A stretch of DNA of 64,000 nucleotides from contig CAVXRD010000002.1 of the NCBI GenBank assembly GCA_963764165.1, forward strand, positions 2,208,001 to 2,272,000, read 5' to 3'. Within the stretch, counting starts at the first letter, position 1. Every line of letters begins with the position of its first letter. Of the stretch, positions 7,839-18,051 are shown piece by piece. Position numbers and translations under genes: made by a program. The notes under the pieces were generated by a model. That model saw only the letters and a program-made list of their open reading frames with translations, did no database searches and had not been told where the DNA came from. This DNA is from an uncultured Verrucomicrobiae bacterium (GTDB lineage Bacteria; Verrucomicrobiota; Verrucomicrobiia; Limisphaerales; Palsa-1400).

Positions 7839-10235
7839 ATGAGCTCTCCGGACACGGAATTTATCAGCATTCTCGGCACGCCCGGCAGCGGGGATCCGGG
7901 CGGCACCAAGGTGTGGTCAAAATCGCTTCCCGAAAACCTCCCGATTCTTGGGTTGTCCGACATTGTAATTTTTCCCGGAACGCTGACCCATCTGCTGGTG
8001 GAAACCGCCCAGAGCATTCGGTTGATCGATGACGTGGTGGCAGGAGATCGTTTTATCGGGTTGGTGCTGCAGAAAAGCCCGGAGATTGAAAATCCCACCC
8101 CGAACGACCTGTATACCTTTGGCTGCGCGGGCCGGGTTTCGAAGATGCTGAAATTCCCGGACGGCACCGTGCGCGTGGCCGTGGAGGGGCTGCGCCGGAT
8201 TCGCATCATCAGCTTCACCACCGAAACTCCGTATCTCATCGCGCGCACCGAGAGGTTCAAGGATGTCGCGGACGACTCTCTTGAATTGACAGCGCTGACG
8301 CGCAACGCCGAGCGCGAATTTCAGGAGGTCATCAAGCTTTCGCCCGCGCTGGCCGAGCAGGTGAAAGTGGCGGCGCTGAATACAGAGGAGCCGGGCAGGC
8401 TGGCTGATCTTGTGGCGGCCAACTTGAATCTCAGCCTGGAAGAGCGCCAGCATTTGCTTGAGACGCCCGAGGTCAAGGAACGCCTCACCCGCCTGCTGCC
8501 CTTGTTGAGCCGCGAATTGGAAGTGCTGCGCCTCGGCTCAAAAATCCAGAACGAGGTCGTCACCTCGATGTCGAAAAATCAGCGCGATTTTTTCCTGCGC
8601 GAGCAAATCCGCGCCATCCAGCGCGAATTGGGAGAAGTCGATCCCGGCGCGGCGGAAGCGAAGGATTTGCGCGACCAGATCGAGCAGAACAATTTGCCGG
8701 AAGAGCCGAAGAAGGTCGCGCTGAAGGAACTCGAGCGCTTGCAGCAAATGCCGCCCGCCGTCGCGGAATACACGATGACGCGCAATTACCTCGACTGGCT
8801 GATTACGCTGCCGTGGTCGAAATTCACCGAGGACAAACTCGATCTCGATGATGCCAGCCGTTTGCTTGACGAGCAGCATTTCGGCTTGCGCAAAGTCAAA
8901 GACCGGCTGCTGGAATTTCTGGCGGTCATCAAGCTGAAGCAAATCATCAAGGGGCCGATTCTCTGCCTGGTCGGCCCGCCCGGGGTCGGCAAGACGTCGC
9001 TCGGAAAGAGCGTAGCAGATGCGCTCGGACGAAAATTTGCCCGCATAGCATTAGGCGGCATGCGAGACGAAGCGGAAATTCGCGGGCACCGCCGCACTTA
9101 CGTGGGCGCATTGCCAGGCCGCATTATCCAAACCTTGCGGCGGGTGGAATCCAGCAATCCTGTTATTCTACTTGACGAAGTGGACAAGGTTGGGGCGGAT
9201 TTTCGCGGCGATCCCGCTTCCGCGCTTCTCGAAGTGTTGGATCCGGCGCAGAACAATACGTTTGTCGATCATTACCTCGACATTCCCTACGATTTGTCGC
9301 GCGTACTGTTCATCACCACCGCCAATTGGCTGGATCCAATTCATCCCGCGCTGCGCGACCGGCTGGAGGTCATTGAACTGCCGAGTTACACCGCCGCCGA
9401 GAAGGTGGAAATTGCCAAGCGGCATCTGGTGCCGCGCCAGCTTGAGGAGCACGGATTGAAACGCAAGCTGGTGCGCTTTCCTGACGCAACCTTGAGGCAG
9501 GTCATCCAGGATTACACGCGCGAAGCCGGAGTGCGCCAATTGGAGCGCGAGATCGCGGCGCTCACGCGCAAGGCGGCGCGGAAAATTGTGGGCCACCGAA
9601 TTCATGCGCCCCTGGTAATCAGCCCCAAGAGTCTCGAATCGTATCTCGGGCCAGCCCAATTCACGTCGGAAGCGGCCGAGCGCATTGACGAATGCGGCAT
9701 CGCCATCGGCCTGGCCTGGACGCCGGTCGGGGGGGAAATTCTTTTTGTCGAAGCCACGCGGATGCCGGGAAAAGGCGGTTTGATTTTGACGGGATCGCTC
9801 GGCGAAGTGATGAAGGAAAGCGCCCAGACGGCGTTAAGCTTTCTCCGCAATCGCGCGGAGTCGCTTCATATCGATTTGAGCGATTACGATAGGCGCGACA
9901 TCCATGTGCATGTTCCCGCCGGGGCGACGCCGAAGGACGGCCCCAGCGCCGGTGTGACCATCGTGGCAGCGCTCGCCTCATTGCTGACCAAGCGCAAAGT
10001 GCGCTCAGACCTGGCAATGACCGGCGAAATCAGTTTGCGCGGCCGCGTGCTTCGTGTCGGCGGCATCAAAGAAAAGGTGCTGGCGGCGGCACGGTCGGGC
10101 ATCACGCGAGTCATTCTTCCCGAGGGCAATCGCAAAGACTGGCAGGAAGTCCCCGTGGAAGTGCGGAGGAAATTAAAAGCGCACTTTATCGAGAACATCT
10201 CCCAAATGTTCCCGCTGGCGCTGACGGCAAAATGA
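7839..10235 (+). CDS. lon: ATP-dependent protease La (Lon)
   Basis: LON N-terminal domain, Walker A GPPGVGKTS, RGHRRTYVGA, catalytic DGPSAG and GGIKEK. Confidence 0.97.
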   Translation: MSSPDTEFISILGTPGSGDPGGTKVWSKSLPENLPILGLSDIVIFPGTLTHLLVETAQSIRLIDDVVAGDRFIGLVLQKSPEIENPTPNDLYTFGCAGRVSKMLKFPDGTVRVAVEGLRRIRIISFTTETPYLIARTERFKDVADDSLELTALTRNAEREFQEVIKLSPALAEQVKVAALNTEEPGRLADLVAANLNLSLEERQHLLETPEVKERLTRLLPLLSRELEVLRLGSKIQNEVVTSMSKNQRDFFLREQIRAIQRELGEVDPGAAEAKDLRDQIEQNNLPEEPKKVALKELERLQQMPPAVAEYTMTRNYLDWLITLPWSKFTEDKLDLDDASRLLDEQHFGLRKVKDRLLEFLAVIKLKQIIKGPILCLVGPPGVGKTSLGKSVADALGRKFARIALGGMRDEAEIRGHRRTYVGALPGRIIQTLRRVESSNPVILLDEVDKVGADFRGDPASALLEVLDPAQNNTFVDHYLDIPYDLSRVLFITTANWLDPIHPALRDRLEVIELPSYTAAEKVEIAKRHLVPRQLEEHGLKRKLVRFPDATLRQVIQDYTREAGVRQLEREIAALTRKAARKIVGHRIHAPLVISPKSLESYLGPAQFTSEAAERIDECGIAIGLAWTPVGGEILFVEATRMPGKGGLILTGSLGEVMKESAQTALSFLRNRAESLHIDLSDYDRRDIHVHVPAGATPKDGPSAGVTIVAALASLLTKRKVRSDLAMTGEISLRGRVLRVGGIKEKVLAAARSGITRVILPEGNRKDWQEVPVEVRRKLKAHFIENISQMFPLALTAK

Positions 10236-11149
10236 AGCGGACTTTGCTGGCAGGAGGCAATTTATTGCAATTGAAGTTCAACGCGCGCCCCGCTGATTCC
10301 CTCGCCCCGCGCAGCGGAGAGAGGGTTAGGGAGAGGGGCGCCGAGCTGATTCCCCAGAAGGATGGCCGAAAAACAGGGAGACTCAAATGCGCTTTGTCGG
10401 TGGCGGCGATTGCATTGTTGACTTCGATTCCCGCCCTCGCCGATCCAATTCCAAGAGCAGTCGCCGCCGCCGCCGATGGCCCCACACTGGCCGCTTTGAT
10501 TCGCGATTCTGTCCCCGCCGAAAGCGAACCCATCAGCGGCACGCTGATTATTCATCGCGATCACCAGGTAAAAAGCGTCCGCGTGCTTTGCAAGGTCGAG
10601 ATACATCCTGATTCCTGGCAATCCGAATACATCATTGCCGCCACCAATGACACGCCGGCGGAGAAACTGATTGTGATTCACCGCACCAACGCGCCCAATG
10701 AGTTTCTCTACGCCAAGGCGGGCAATGCCACGGCAGAATTGCCCAAGCTGGAACACATCACGCCCGAAGTGGCTGCTGAAACGCCGCTCGGCGGCTCCGA
10801 CTTTTCGGCCGGTGATTTGGCCTTGGATTTTCTGCATTGGCCGCAGCAGCAGCGATTGCCGCGCGCCATGCGCCTGAGCCAGCCTTGTTACGTTTTGGAA
10901 AGCAAAAATCCGGCGGCAAAAAATATCGTGCGGATACGCTCGTATATCGACGAGGAAAGCAATGCCCCGATCGTGGCCGAAGCTTACGATTCAATGGACG
11001 TCGACTCGAAGCACGAGGTCAAAGAGTTTTCCCTGCATAGCAGCAGCTTCAAACGGGTCAACGGGCGCTGGCAGTTGGAAAACATGGATATCAAGGATCT
11101 CAAAAAGAAGTCGCACACCGAATTGAAATTTGATATGCAAAAGGAATGA
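10232..11149 (+). CDS. Outer-membrane lipoprotein-sorting (LolA-like) family periplasmic protein; start uncertain
   Basis: GSDFSAGDL, PCYVLES and YID..S..P..AEAYD motifs, signal-peptide-like LSVAAIALLTSIPALA. The ATGA start overlaps the lon stop. Confidence 0.7.
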   Translation: MKRTLLAGGNLLQLKFNARPADSLAPRSGERVRERGAELIPQKDGRKTGRLKCALSVAAIALLTSIPALADPIPRAVAAAADGPTLAALIRDSVPAESEPISGTLIIHRDHQVKSVRVLCKVEIHPDSWQSEYIIAATNDTPAEKLIVIHRTNAPNEFLYAKAGNATAELPKLEHITPEVAAETPLGGSDFSAGDLALDFLHWPQQQRLPRAMRLSQPCYVLESKNPAAKNIVRIRSYIDEESNAPIVAEAYDSMDVDSKHEVKEFSLHSSSFKRVNGRWQLENMDIKDLKKKSHTELKFDMQKE

Positions 11150-12360
11150 TGGCGTTGTTGGGCCCGGTTGCGGACGACGTGCTTGAATGGCTGTTGATTG
11201 CCGCTGTTCTGGGATCGTGGGGATTCTATAGCTATCGCCGGAGCGACGATCGCCGCCAGCTTGTGATTAAATGGGCTTGCAGCGTTTTTCTGATTCTAAG
11301 CTGCTTTTTCATCGTATGGCTTCACAATGTTAGATTGTTGCTTCTTTGCGTCATTCCGTGCGTGCTGTTCGCGTTTATCTGGCTGCCGAGCGTGGGCGAG
11401 TTTTTACTGAAGCCGCTGACCAGCGCCATGGAAGGCGGCTCCGAGAGTGTTGAGGCCAAGCCGTATTATTTTACCGCCGTGGCGAAGCGGCGCAAAAGCC
11501 TCTACGACGAAGCGATGGCGGATGTCCGTCAACAATTGGAATCATTTCCCGGCGATCCGGAAGGCATGATGCTGCTTGCCTCCATTCAAGCGGAGGATAT
11601 CCATGATGTTCCTGCGGGCATCGCCACCATGCAAGAGCTGCTCGAAACGCCGGGCCTTTCGGCGGCCCGCACCATCGCTGCGTTGCAGACCGTGGCCGAT
11701 TGGCAATTGAACCTCGCCCACGATGCCGCGGCGGCCCGCGTCTCGCTGGAGCGCATCATCGAAGGTTTTCCCGGCTCCCAGGCATCACTGGCGGCGGAGC
11801 AGCGCGTGGCGCGGCTGGAAGGCGTTGCCGAGACAAAAAATGTCCGCGACAACACCGTCTACAAAGTGAAAACGCGCGAGAACCCCGGCGGCTTGCGCTT
11901 GAACGTGCCGCAAGCCGTTTCGCCCGATCAAGATCCCTTGGAGGAGGCGTCGGATCTCGTGAAGCAATTGCAGAAATATCCGTCGGATGTCGGCACGCGC
12001 GAGAAACTGGCGCTGCTTTACGCCGAACAATTGGGTCGGCTTGATCTCGCTGTCGGCGAACTGGAACAACTCGCCGCCGTGCCGAACGCCAGCCCCAAGC
12101 AAACCGCCCACTGGCTCGGGCAGCTGGCAACTGTGCACATCCGCTTCGGCAATGACATTGTCGCGGCGGAAAAAGCGCTGCGCCGTATCATCGAAAAATT
12201 TCCAAAAACGGCGGCAGCCAATCAAGCCGTATCACGATTGGCGACGCTGCAAGGAGAACTGAAAGCCGCCTCCGCCGCCACCGTCAGCAAGGCGCTGGGC
12301 AATTACGAAAAGGACTTGGGGCTGCGAACCGGAAAACCTTATCCGCCAAAAGAAGTTTGA
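11146..12360 (+). CDS. Membrane protein (3 N-terminal TM helices) with a TPR-like helical domain
   Basis: Three hydrophobic segments, then duplicated A..L.RII..FP.S.AA..A..R helical repeats. ATGA overlap with the upstream gene. Confidence 0.8.
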   Translation: MMALLGPVADDVLEWLLIAAVLGSWGFYSYRRSDDRRQLVIKWACSVFLILSCFFIVWLHNVRLLLLCVIPCVLFAFIWLPSVGEFLLKPLTSAMEGGSESVEAKPYYFTAVAKRRKSLYDEAMADVRQQLESFPGDPEGMMLLASIQAEDIHDVPAGIATMQELLETPGLSAARTIAALQTVADWQLNLAHDAAAARVSLERIIEGFPGSQASLAAEQRVARLEGVAETKNVRDNTVYKVKTRENPGGLRLNVPQAVSPDQDPLEEASDLVKQLQKYPSDVGTREKLALLYAEQLGRLDLAVGELEQLAAVPNASPKQTAHWLGQLATVHIRFGNDIVAAEKALRRIIEKFPKTAAANQAVSRLATLQGELKAASAATVSKALGNYEKDLGLRTGKPYPPKEV

Positions 12361-12636
12361 TGCACAGGCCCAAGCTTGCGCCAGACGATCAGAAATGTCT
12401 TCCGTCGAATTGAGGACATAGCCGCCGGACGTATTGCGGGACTGACCGAGCAAGAATTTCGCGCAGCTCTGCAATGAGCCGCTGACATGGTTGGCCGCTT
12501 CGCCAGTAAAATTCGCCGCTCGTTGCCGCTCAGCGCCAGAGGAGCGGCACCTTTGTAGAAACGATTACAAAAAGATTTTCAAGCGCCGTTCTTCCGCTTT
12601 GACATCTCGGGAGAAAACGGACAGTTTCACGCCCCA

Positions 12637-13593
12637 ATGTGTGTGATCCTGAAAGCGTCCCTTCGAATCTCGCTCTTAATTTTCGTTCTTTTCCAGAATC
12701 GTTGTCTTCAAGCCCAAGACCAAGCGGTTGCGGCGGCTTGGAAAAAGAAAATGAAGAGCGCCGACGAGGCGTTGGAAAAGGAGTTTTTCACCGATGCCAA
12801 GACAAGATACGAAGGAGCGCTGGCGTTGGCCGAGAGATTTGCAACTAACGATGTGCGCCGGAGCGAAACCTTGACGAAGCTTGCATTCGTACGCATGAGA
12901 ACCGATGAAAAGATTGGGGCGGAGGTCGATCTTCGCCGCGCCTTGGCGATCGACGAGTCAAAATTCGGGTCAAACGACCTGCGCCTCGCTCCTGAGCTGC
13001 TCCGCATTGGAGAGTGCTGCGTAGCCGCGAACAGAAGCGAGGAAGCGGATGATTTCTTCAACAGGGCTCAGCCCATATTTGAGAAGGCTTTCGGAAAGGA
13101 CGATCGCGTTGTGGGCCTTTGTCTTTGGGACCGGGCCTCGAGCGCCCTGTTGGAGCACCGCTATGCGCAATCCGAAGCTCTTTTCGACCACGCGATTAAA
13201 TTGGTTGAATCGCCCCGGCCTCCGGCGCAATTCGATCTGGAAAGATATCCCACCCTGTCCGTGGTTGCGCCCTCCACGGTCGAGCTTTCGAAAATATACG
13301 GCGCCCAGGCAATGCTGTTCGAGCTGGAGAAAAAGCACGCCGAAGCGGAAGCCGGCCTCAACCACTGCCTTGCGTTGCAAGAACACAAATATGGAAAACA
13401 CAGCCGAATGGTGTGCCAGACCCTTGTCGCGTTGGCGGACGTTTATCTCATAGATGGAAAATTGAAGGAATCCAAAGAGGTCAACAACCGCGCGCTGACT
13501 CTCCTTTCGCGCGTGAGTCGCGCATCGCCGGTATACCAGCATGCGGTCGGCGTTCAACAAGCCCAAGCCGCATTTGAAAAGACTCAAAAGTAG
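12637..13593 (+). CDS. Secreted tetratricopeptide-repeat protein (kinesin-light-chain-like TPR)
   Basis: Signal-like N-terminus and about 42-aa repeats (AE..L.RALAI.E..FG..D..). Confidence 0.8.
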   Translation: MCVILKASLRISLLIFVLFQNRCLQAQDQAVAAAWKKKMKSADEALEKEFFTDAKTRYEGALALAERFATNDVRRSETLTKLAFVRMRTDEKIGAEVDLRRALAIDESKFGSNDLRLAPELLRIGECCVAANRSEEADDFFNRAQPIFEKAFGKDDRVVGLCLWDRASSALLEHRYAQSEALFDHAIKLVESPRPPAQFDLERYPTLSVVAPSTVELSKIYGAQAMLFELEKKHAEAEAGLNHCLALQEHKYGKHSRMVCQTLVALADVYLIDGKLKESKEVNNRALTLLSRVSRASPVYQHAVGVQQAQAAFEKTQK

Positions 13594-13723
13594 CCGGCTT
13601 GCGGTCTCAAAGATCGCGCGCACGGGGGCACGACTATAACACGGCTATCCGTAAATCCCGAAGGTGTCCAATTGAAGCGAGCACTCGTCCGAATTATGCG
13701 AGCATGCGGGACCCTTTCTCGCC

Positions 13724-13880
13724 CCTCTGCGCACTCATCTTCTCTGCGCGAACCTTCTTCTCACTCTGGCGGGCTGTGGTCAAAATTGGTGCCATTAACT
13801 CCAGAACGAAATTAAGAACGATTTGGTTTCGTCGTGCGTTGAACGGATCTCGCGCAGAGAAAGCGCGGAGGGCGCAGAGG
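13724..13880. repeat. REPIN-like inverted pair (family C: CCTCTGCGC...CTCTGCGCGA); second, inverted copy at 15976-16085
   Basis: CCTCTGCGCACTCATCTTCTCTGCGCGA (13724-13751) has 2 mismatches to the reverse complement of 16058-16085. Confidence 0.75.
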
Positions 13881-14015
13881 TTCTTCGCCGAGTTCAGTCA
13901 GATTTTTCACCGCCATTCCCGTAAAAGCGTCCGAAGCCCCATTCGGGCACCCTCGCCCAGTGTTGGGTATGATTGGATGTGGGCCAGGCTCTCAATAATA
14001 TTGGGGCGGCGCACA

Positions 14016-15698
14016 GAGATTGTCTCAAAACTTCTGTTTTTTGAGGAATGTATTTGACAATATGTGAGCCTTTAGTTGACAATGCCGTTCAACAAATATG
14101 GCTCAACCGATTGCCCCTGATTACGGACAGCAGTTCCTCCTCCCGCCCGCCCTGGAGGACTGGGTGTCCGCCGACCATCCCGCCCGCTTCCTGCGCGAAT
14201 TTGTCGACCAGTTGGATCTGCCCCAGCTTGGGTTTGTCATTCCCGCCGCCGCCGAAGGCCGTCCGCCCTATGCCCCCAGCCTCCTGCTCAAGATTTGGCT
14301 TTACGGTTATTTCCACCGCATTCGCTCCACCCGCAAGCTGGAAACCGCCTGCACGGAGCATGTCTCGCTGCTGTGGCTGACGGGGCTCAACGCCCCCGAC
14401 CACAACAGCCTCTGGCGGTTCTGGGACGGAAACAAAAAGGCCCTGCGCCAGGTTTTCAAGCAAACCGTGCAGCTGGCCCTCCGCACCGGGGCGGTGGGAT
14501 TTGCCTTGCAAGCGTTGGACGGCACCAAGATTCAAGCCGCCTGCAGCGGGCCGCAGGGCTGGAGCAAGGTTTACATGGAGAAGCTCCTGGCCCAGCTGGA
14601 TGGCGCCTTGGAGGAAATCGAGCTCAAAGTCGTGGCGGAGAACCAGGATTCCAGCGCACCGGGCTGCCGGCTGCCCGCCGGGTTGGCCCAGCGCCAGGCC
14701 CTGCGCGAGGAAATCAAAAAAGGCCTGGCCCAGCTGCAGGCCGACGGGCGCCACCATTACCATCCAGCCGAACCGGAGGCGCGCCGGATGAAAGTCGGCG
14801 ACACCAACCGCTTTGCCTACAACGCCCAGGCGGTGGCCGACAGCCAGGAGGGCATCATGGTCGCCTGTCAAGCCACCCGCCAGGAAACCGACGCCGGCCA
14901 GCTGGTCCCCATGATTGAAGAAGCGAGGCAAAACCTCGGTCCGGCGGCCATTCCAACCCTCACCGCCGCCGACGCCGGCTATGGGGGCGGGGCCGACTTG
15001 AAAGCGGCCGTGGAACAGCAGATGAATGTGCTGGCCCCGCCGGCGGAGGGCAAGCCAGCCCACGACAACGCCTACGCGACGCAGCATTTTCATTATGACG
15101 AGGCGGCCCACACCGTCACCTGCCCGCAAGAGCGCCTTCTGGACCACGAAGGCCAGACCACCAAGAAAGGCCAGACCGTTGAGCGCTTCCGCTGCCATCA
15201 CCGAGACTGTCCCGTGCGCGCCCTCTGCAGCCGCGATCCCAAAGGGCGGCAAGTCGAAGTGTGGCCGCACACCACGCTGGTGCAAGCCATGCGGGCCCGG
15301 CTGCAAGAGCCAGGACCCGCCGCGCTTTATGGAAAGCGCAAAGAGATCATCGAACGCCGGTTTGGGCAGCTCAAGCAACACGACGGCTTTCGGCGTTGGA
15401 CAGTTTGGGGTCTGGAAGCCGTGCAAGCCCAATGGGCCTTGTTATGCGCCACCTTGAACCTGCGAATCCTCTATAAAAAGTGGCAGGCCCGGGTCCAGAC
15501 GCCGAAAATGGAAGTCAAAACCGCCGCGGTTGAAGGAAATTTGGCGATGGCGGCCTAAAAAAGGAGGGAAAGGGAAGCTTGGCGTCATCGCTGACGCCAG
15601 CCACGCTCTGACAACTAAAAGTTGACACCCGTTTCCACAGCCCCTATTGGTGCCCATATAACCAGATCGGCCAGACTAAAACGTTTTGAGACAGTCTC
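14016..15698 (+). mobile_element. IS1182-family insertion sequence, 1683 bp, 16-bp terminal IRs, 4-bp CACA target duplication
   Basis: IRL GAGATTGTCTCAAAAC (14016-14031) and IRR GTTTTGAGACAGTCTC (15683-15698) differ by 1 mismatch. CACA at 14012-14015 and 15699-15702. Confidence 0.93.
14098..15558 (+). CDS. IS1182-family DDE transposase
   Basis: QQFLLPP.LEDW...HPARF, GRPPYAP..LLK.WLYGY..I.S.RKLE, DGTKI.A, YNAQ, ADAGY, Cys-rich insert, R...IERRFG.LK. Confidence 0.94.
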   Translation: MAQPIAPDYGQQFLLPPALEDWVSADHPARFLREFVDQLDLPQLGFVIPAAAEGRPPYAPSLLLKIWLYGYFHRIRSTRKLETACTEHVSLLWLTGLNAPDHNSLWRFWDGNKKALRQVFKQTVQLALRTGAVGFALQALDGTKIQAACSGPQGWSKVYMEKLLAQLDGALEEIELKVVAENQDSSAPGCRLPAGLAQRQALREEIKKGLAQLQADGRHHYHPAEPEARRMKVGDTNRFAYNAQAVADSQEGIMVACQATRQETDAGQLVPMIEEARQNLGPAAIPTLTAADAGYGGGADLKAAVEQQMNVLAPPAEGKPAHDNAYATQHFHYDEAAHTVTCPQERLLDHEGQTTKKGQTVERFRCHHRDCPVRALCSRDPKGRQVEVWPHTTLVQAMRARLQEPGPAALYGKRKEIIERRFGQLKQHDGFRRWTVWGLEAVQAQWALLCATLNLRILYKKWQARVQTPKMEVKTAAVEGNLAMAA

Positions 15699-16329
15699 CA
15701 CAGCGCCGCCCTACCGCAATTTGGCAGGGCGGACCTGCGTGTCCGCCCAAATATTCTCACCCATTTTCAATCTCCCCCCCCCAAAATATTTCCGCCCCCC
15801 ACTCCCGCCTGGATAATCGATGTTCCGTCTAAAAACATAGCCACACTCCCACATAACAGTGCAAATGCATCATTCATTGACGGAATTGGCTTTCGGCCTT
15901 ATTTTTCTTCATCTCGCCGTCAAGGCGCGTTCTTTGATATTTTGCGGATTTTCGCATCTCGGGGGGCCACAGGAGCCTCTGCGCTCTCAGCGCCTCCGCG
16001 CGCGATTGCGTTTTATCCCCCGAAGCCAAAACGCGCCCACGGAGGCAAAAAGGACTCTCGCGCAGAGATGATGGGTGCGCAGAGGAATGCAAATCGTAAT
16101 CAGGTCGTTGCACGCTATTGCACCCTATTGCACCCTGGGTTTTTGCAACACAACACCGATCCCCCTCGGCCAACGCAATCGCCCCGACGGACGAACTGGT
16201 GAGACGCGCCAGTGAACGATTGCTGGCCGCGTGCCTTCAGGCGGCGCGTCAATCAATCCATAAAGAGTCAACAGAAGCGAACAAAGGAAACGGAGGGCGG
16301 ACTGCACCGGGGAGTGACTTTTTGTTTCC

Positions 16330-18051
16330 CCTTCGCAGTGCTATTTCGGAAAACTCTTCATTTTTGGCAAAGTTTTAGGCGGCGAGTTTGGTCAATTTGT
16401 CCACGTCCGCTTTGCGGGCGGTCAAGAGCGCAGTAATGGTGGTGCGCCCTTTCTCGGTGACAACATAGCGGTGGGTGCCGCTGACTTTGGCGATCAAGCC
16501 ATGCGCTCGCAGGAGCCGCAGTCGGCGTCCAATCCAGCCCATTCTGCGTTTGAGTTCGCGGTCATCGCACCGGCTGGGAAAATAGGCCTGCCGAATGTCT
16601 CGACTGCGAAAGCCGTTGAGGGCGTACTCTCCCTGGCTGACCATTTCCAAAAGGCGTCCGTCCTCCGGGGCCCAAGGATTGAGGGCGCGGTAGCGCCGCC
16701 CCGCCTGCCGCAGGGGCTTGCAGCATTTTTCAACCCATTGGAACAGCGGCACCGTTCCGCTGACGGATCCCAACGCCTGCAAATAACGTTCATTGGCCCG
16801 GTGAGAGATTTCTTTGCGCCGTTTCAGGTCGGCCAGCCCCCGGCGCAATGTCAGCCAGCGTTTGGCCTCCTTGGGCCGGCCTTCCGGTTTGCGATAAACT
16901 TTAAATTCCTCCGGGTGCGTCACCGTCGTTTCGATCCGCAAAACCGAGCCCTGCTTGTCGTAAAATTTGATCGAGTTGCCGTTAAGACTGTGCTTGACCC
17001 GCACGCCCTCCGGCCGCCGTTTGGTGTCGCTGGTGATTTCGCCCTCAAACTGGCCTGTACACCCTGCCCGTGCTGATGGGAACGTATCGGCCCAAAAACC
17101 TCATCACGTCCGCGCTGGAAAAGGAACTGATGGCATGGTGAACCAGGCTGGGATAAAGCCGGGCCAGGCTCTCGGGCTCCTTGAAAATGACATCGGTGGC
17201 ATATTCGGTGTCCGAAGCGCTCCAATAGTATTTGAGGTTCAGCGGCTGGCAAATCGACCGGTGCAGGGGATGAACCTCATTGAGCAGCCGGCCCAGCTCC
17301 TTGGGCCAGTCAGTTTGCAGTTGCTGGTCCAGCAGGCCTTGAGCGCGCCCCATATCGGCCACCCGCAAAAAGGTGTTCTCCTTCTTTTGATAGGCAATGC
17401 CTGCTTGATCCAACTGCTTTCCCAGCCAATGCCGGCCATTGAGGCAGATATTAATCTGGAAGGGAAACCAGGTTTGCAGGCGCAGGTGCATGAAGCCAAA
17501 CTTGGAATGCTCGAAATAGAAATAAAGATGGCTGCACTTGCGCTGCTGAACCTTCACCTCAATGTGTTTGGTTTGGGGGTTTCCGACGACTTGAAAGGAC
17601 ATGCAGGGTTCCGTGCAATTGAGAATGGCGATCAGTCCCTCGGTGATTTTATCGCGGGCGGCAATCTTGCGCGCCACCTCCTCCTTGCTGGTTTGGCTGG
17701 AGGGGACGAAAAGAAAAGGCCGCCCGGCTGTTTGTGCCAGGGCCCTGGCTTTGTCTTTGACCGCTTTGGTGGTCCGTTCGACCAACTGGCTGAAATCCTT
17801 GATCAGAATGTGGCAGGCGTTCAAGTAGGCCTCCATCACCTGGGGGCCGTACAACTGGCGCAGCGTCCCGCGCAATCGCAGGCGATCAAAGCCCGAAAGA
17901 ACTCCTAGAATTGAGGAAGCATGTTTGTGTACAAAAGAGTTGGAAGCGCCGTCATGGGTAAGCGGTTTGTTTTGCATACATCCAATCTTACCCAGACCGG
18001 ACGGCGCTTTCCTCTTATTTTTGGTTGCGGCTTTGCCGCGCTGTGCCTTCG
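16330..18051 (-). mobile_element. Putative transposon without terminal inverted repeats, bounded by a CCTTCG direct repeat
   Basis: CCTTCG at 16330-16335 and 18046-18051, a GCGGC-TTT-GCCGC hairpin at 18027-18039 near the 5' end, and a single long frameshifted ORF inside. Confidence 0.6.
16375..17977 (-). pseudogene. Frameshifted putative transposase (about 533 aa if repaired) with a Rep_trans-like YDK..RxE motif and C-terminal winged HTH
   Basis: ORFs 17045-17977 and 16375-17004 join after removing 1 nt near 17055-17060 (..VY|GQFEGEITSDTKRRPEGVRVKH). Motifs GFDRL..RG, WFPF.I..CLNG.HWL, SIKFYDKQGSVLRIETT, LR.LRAHGLIAKV.GTHRY. Confidence 0.75.
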
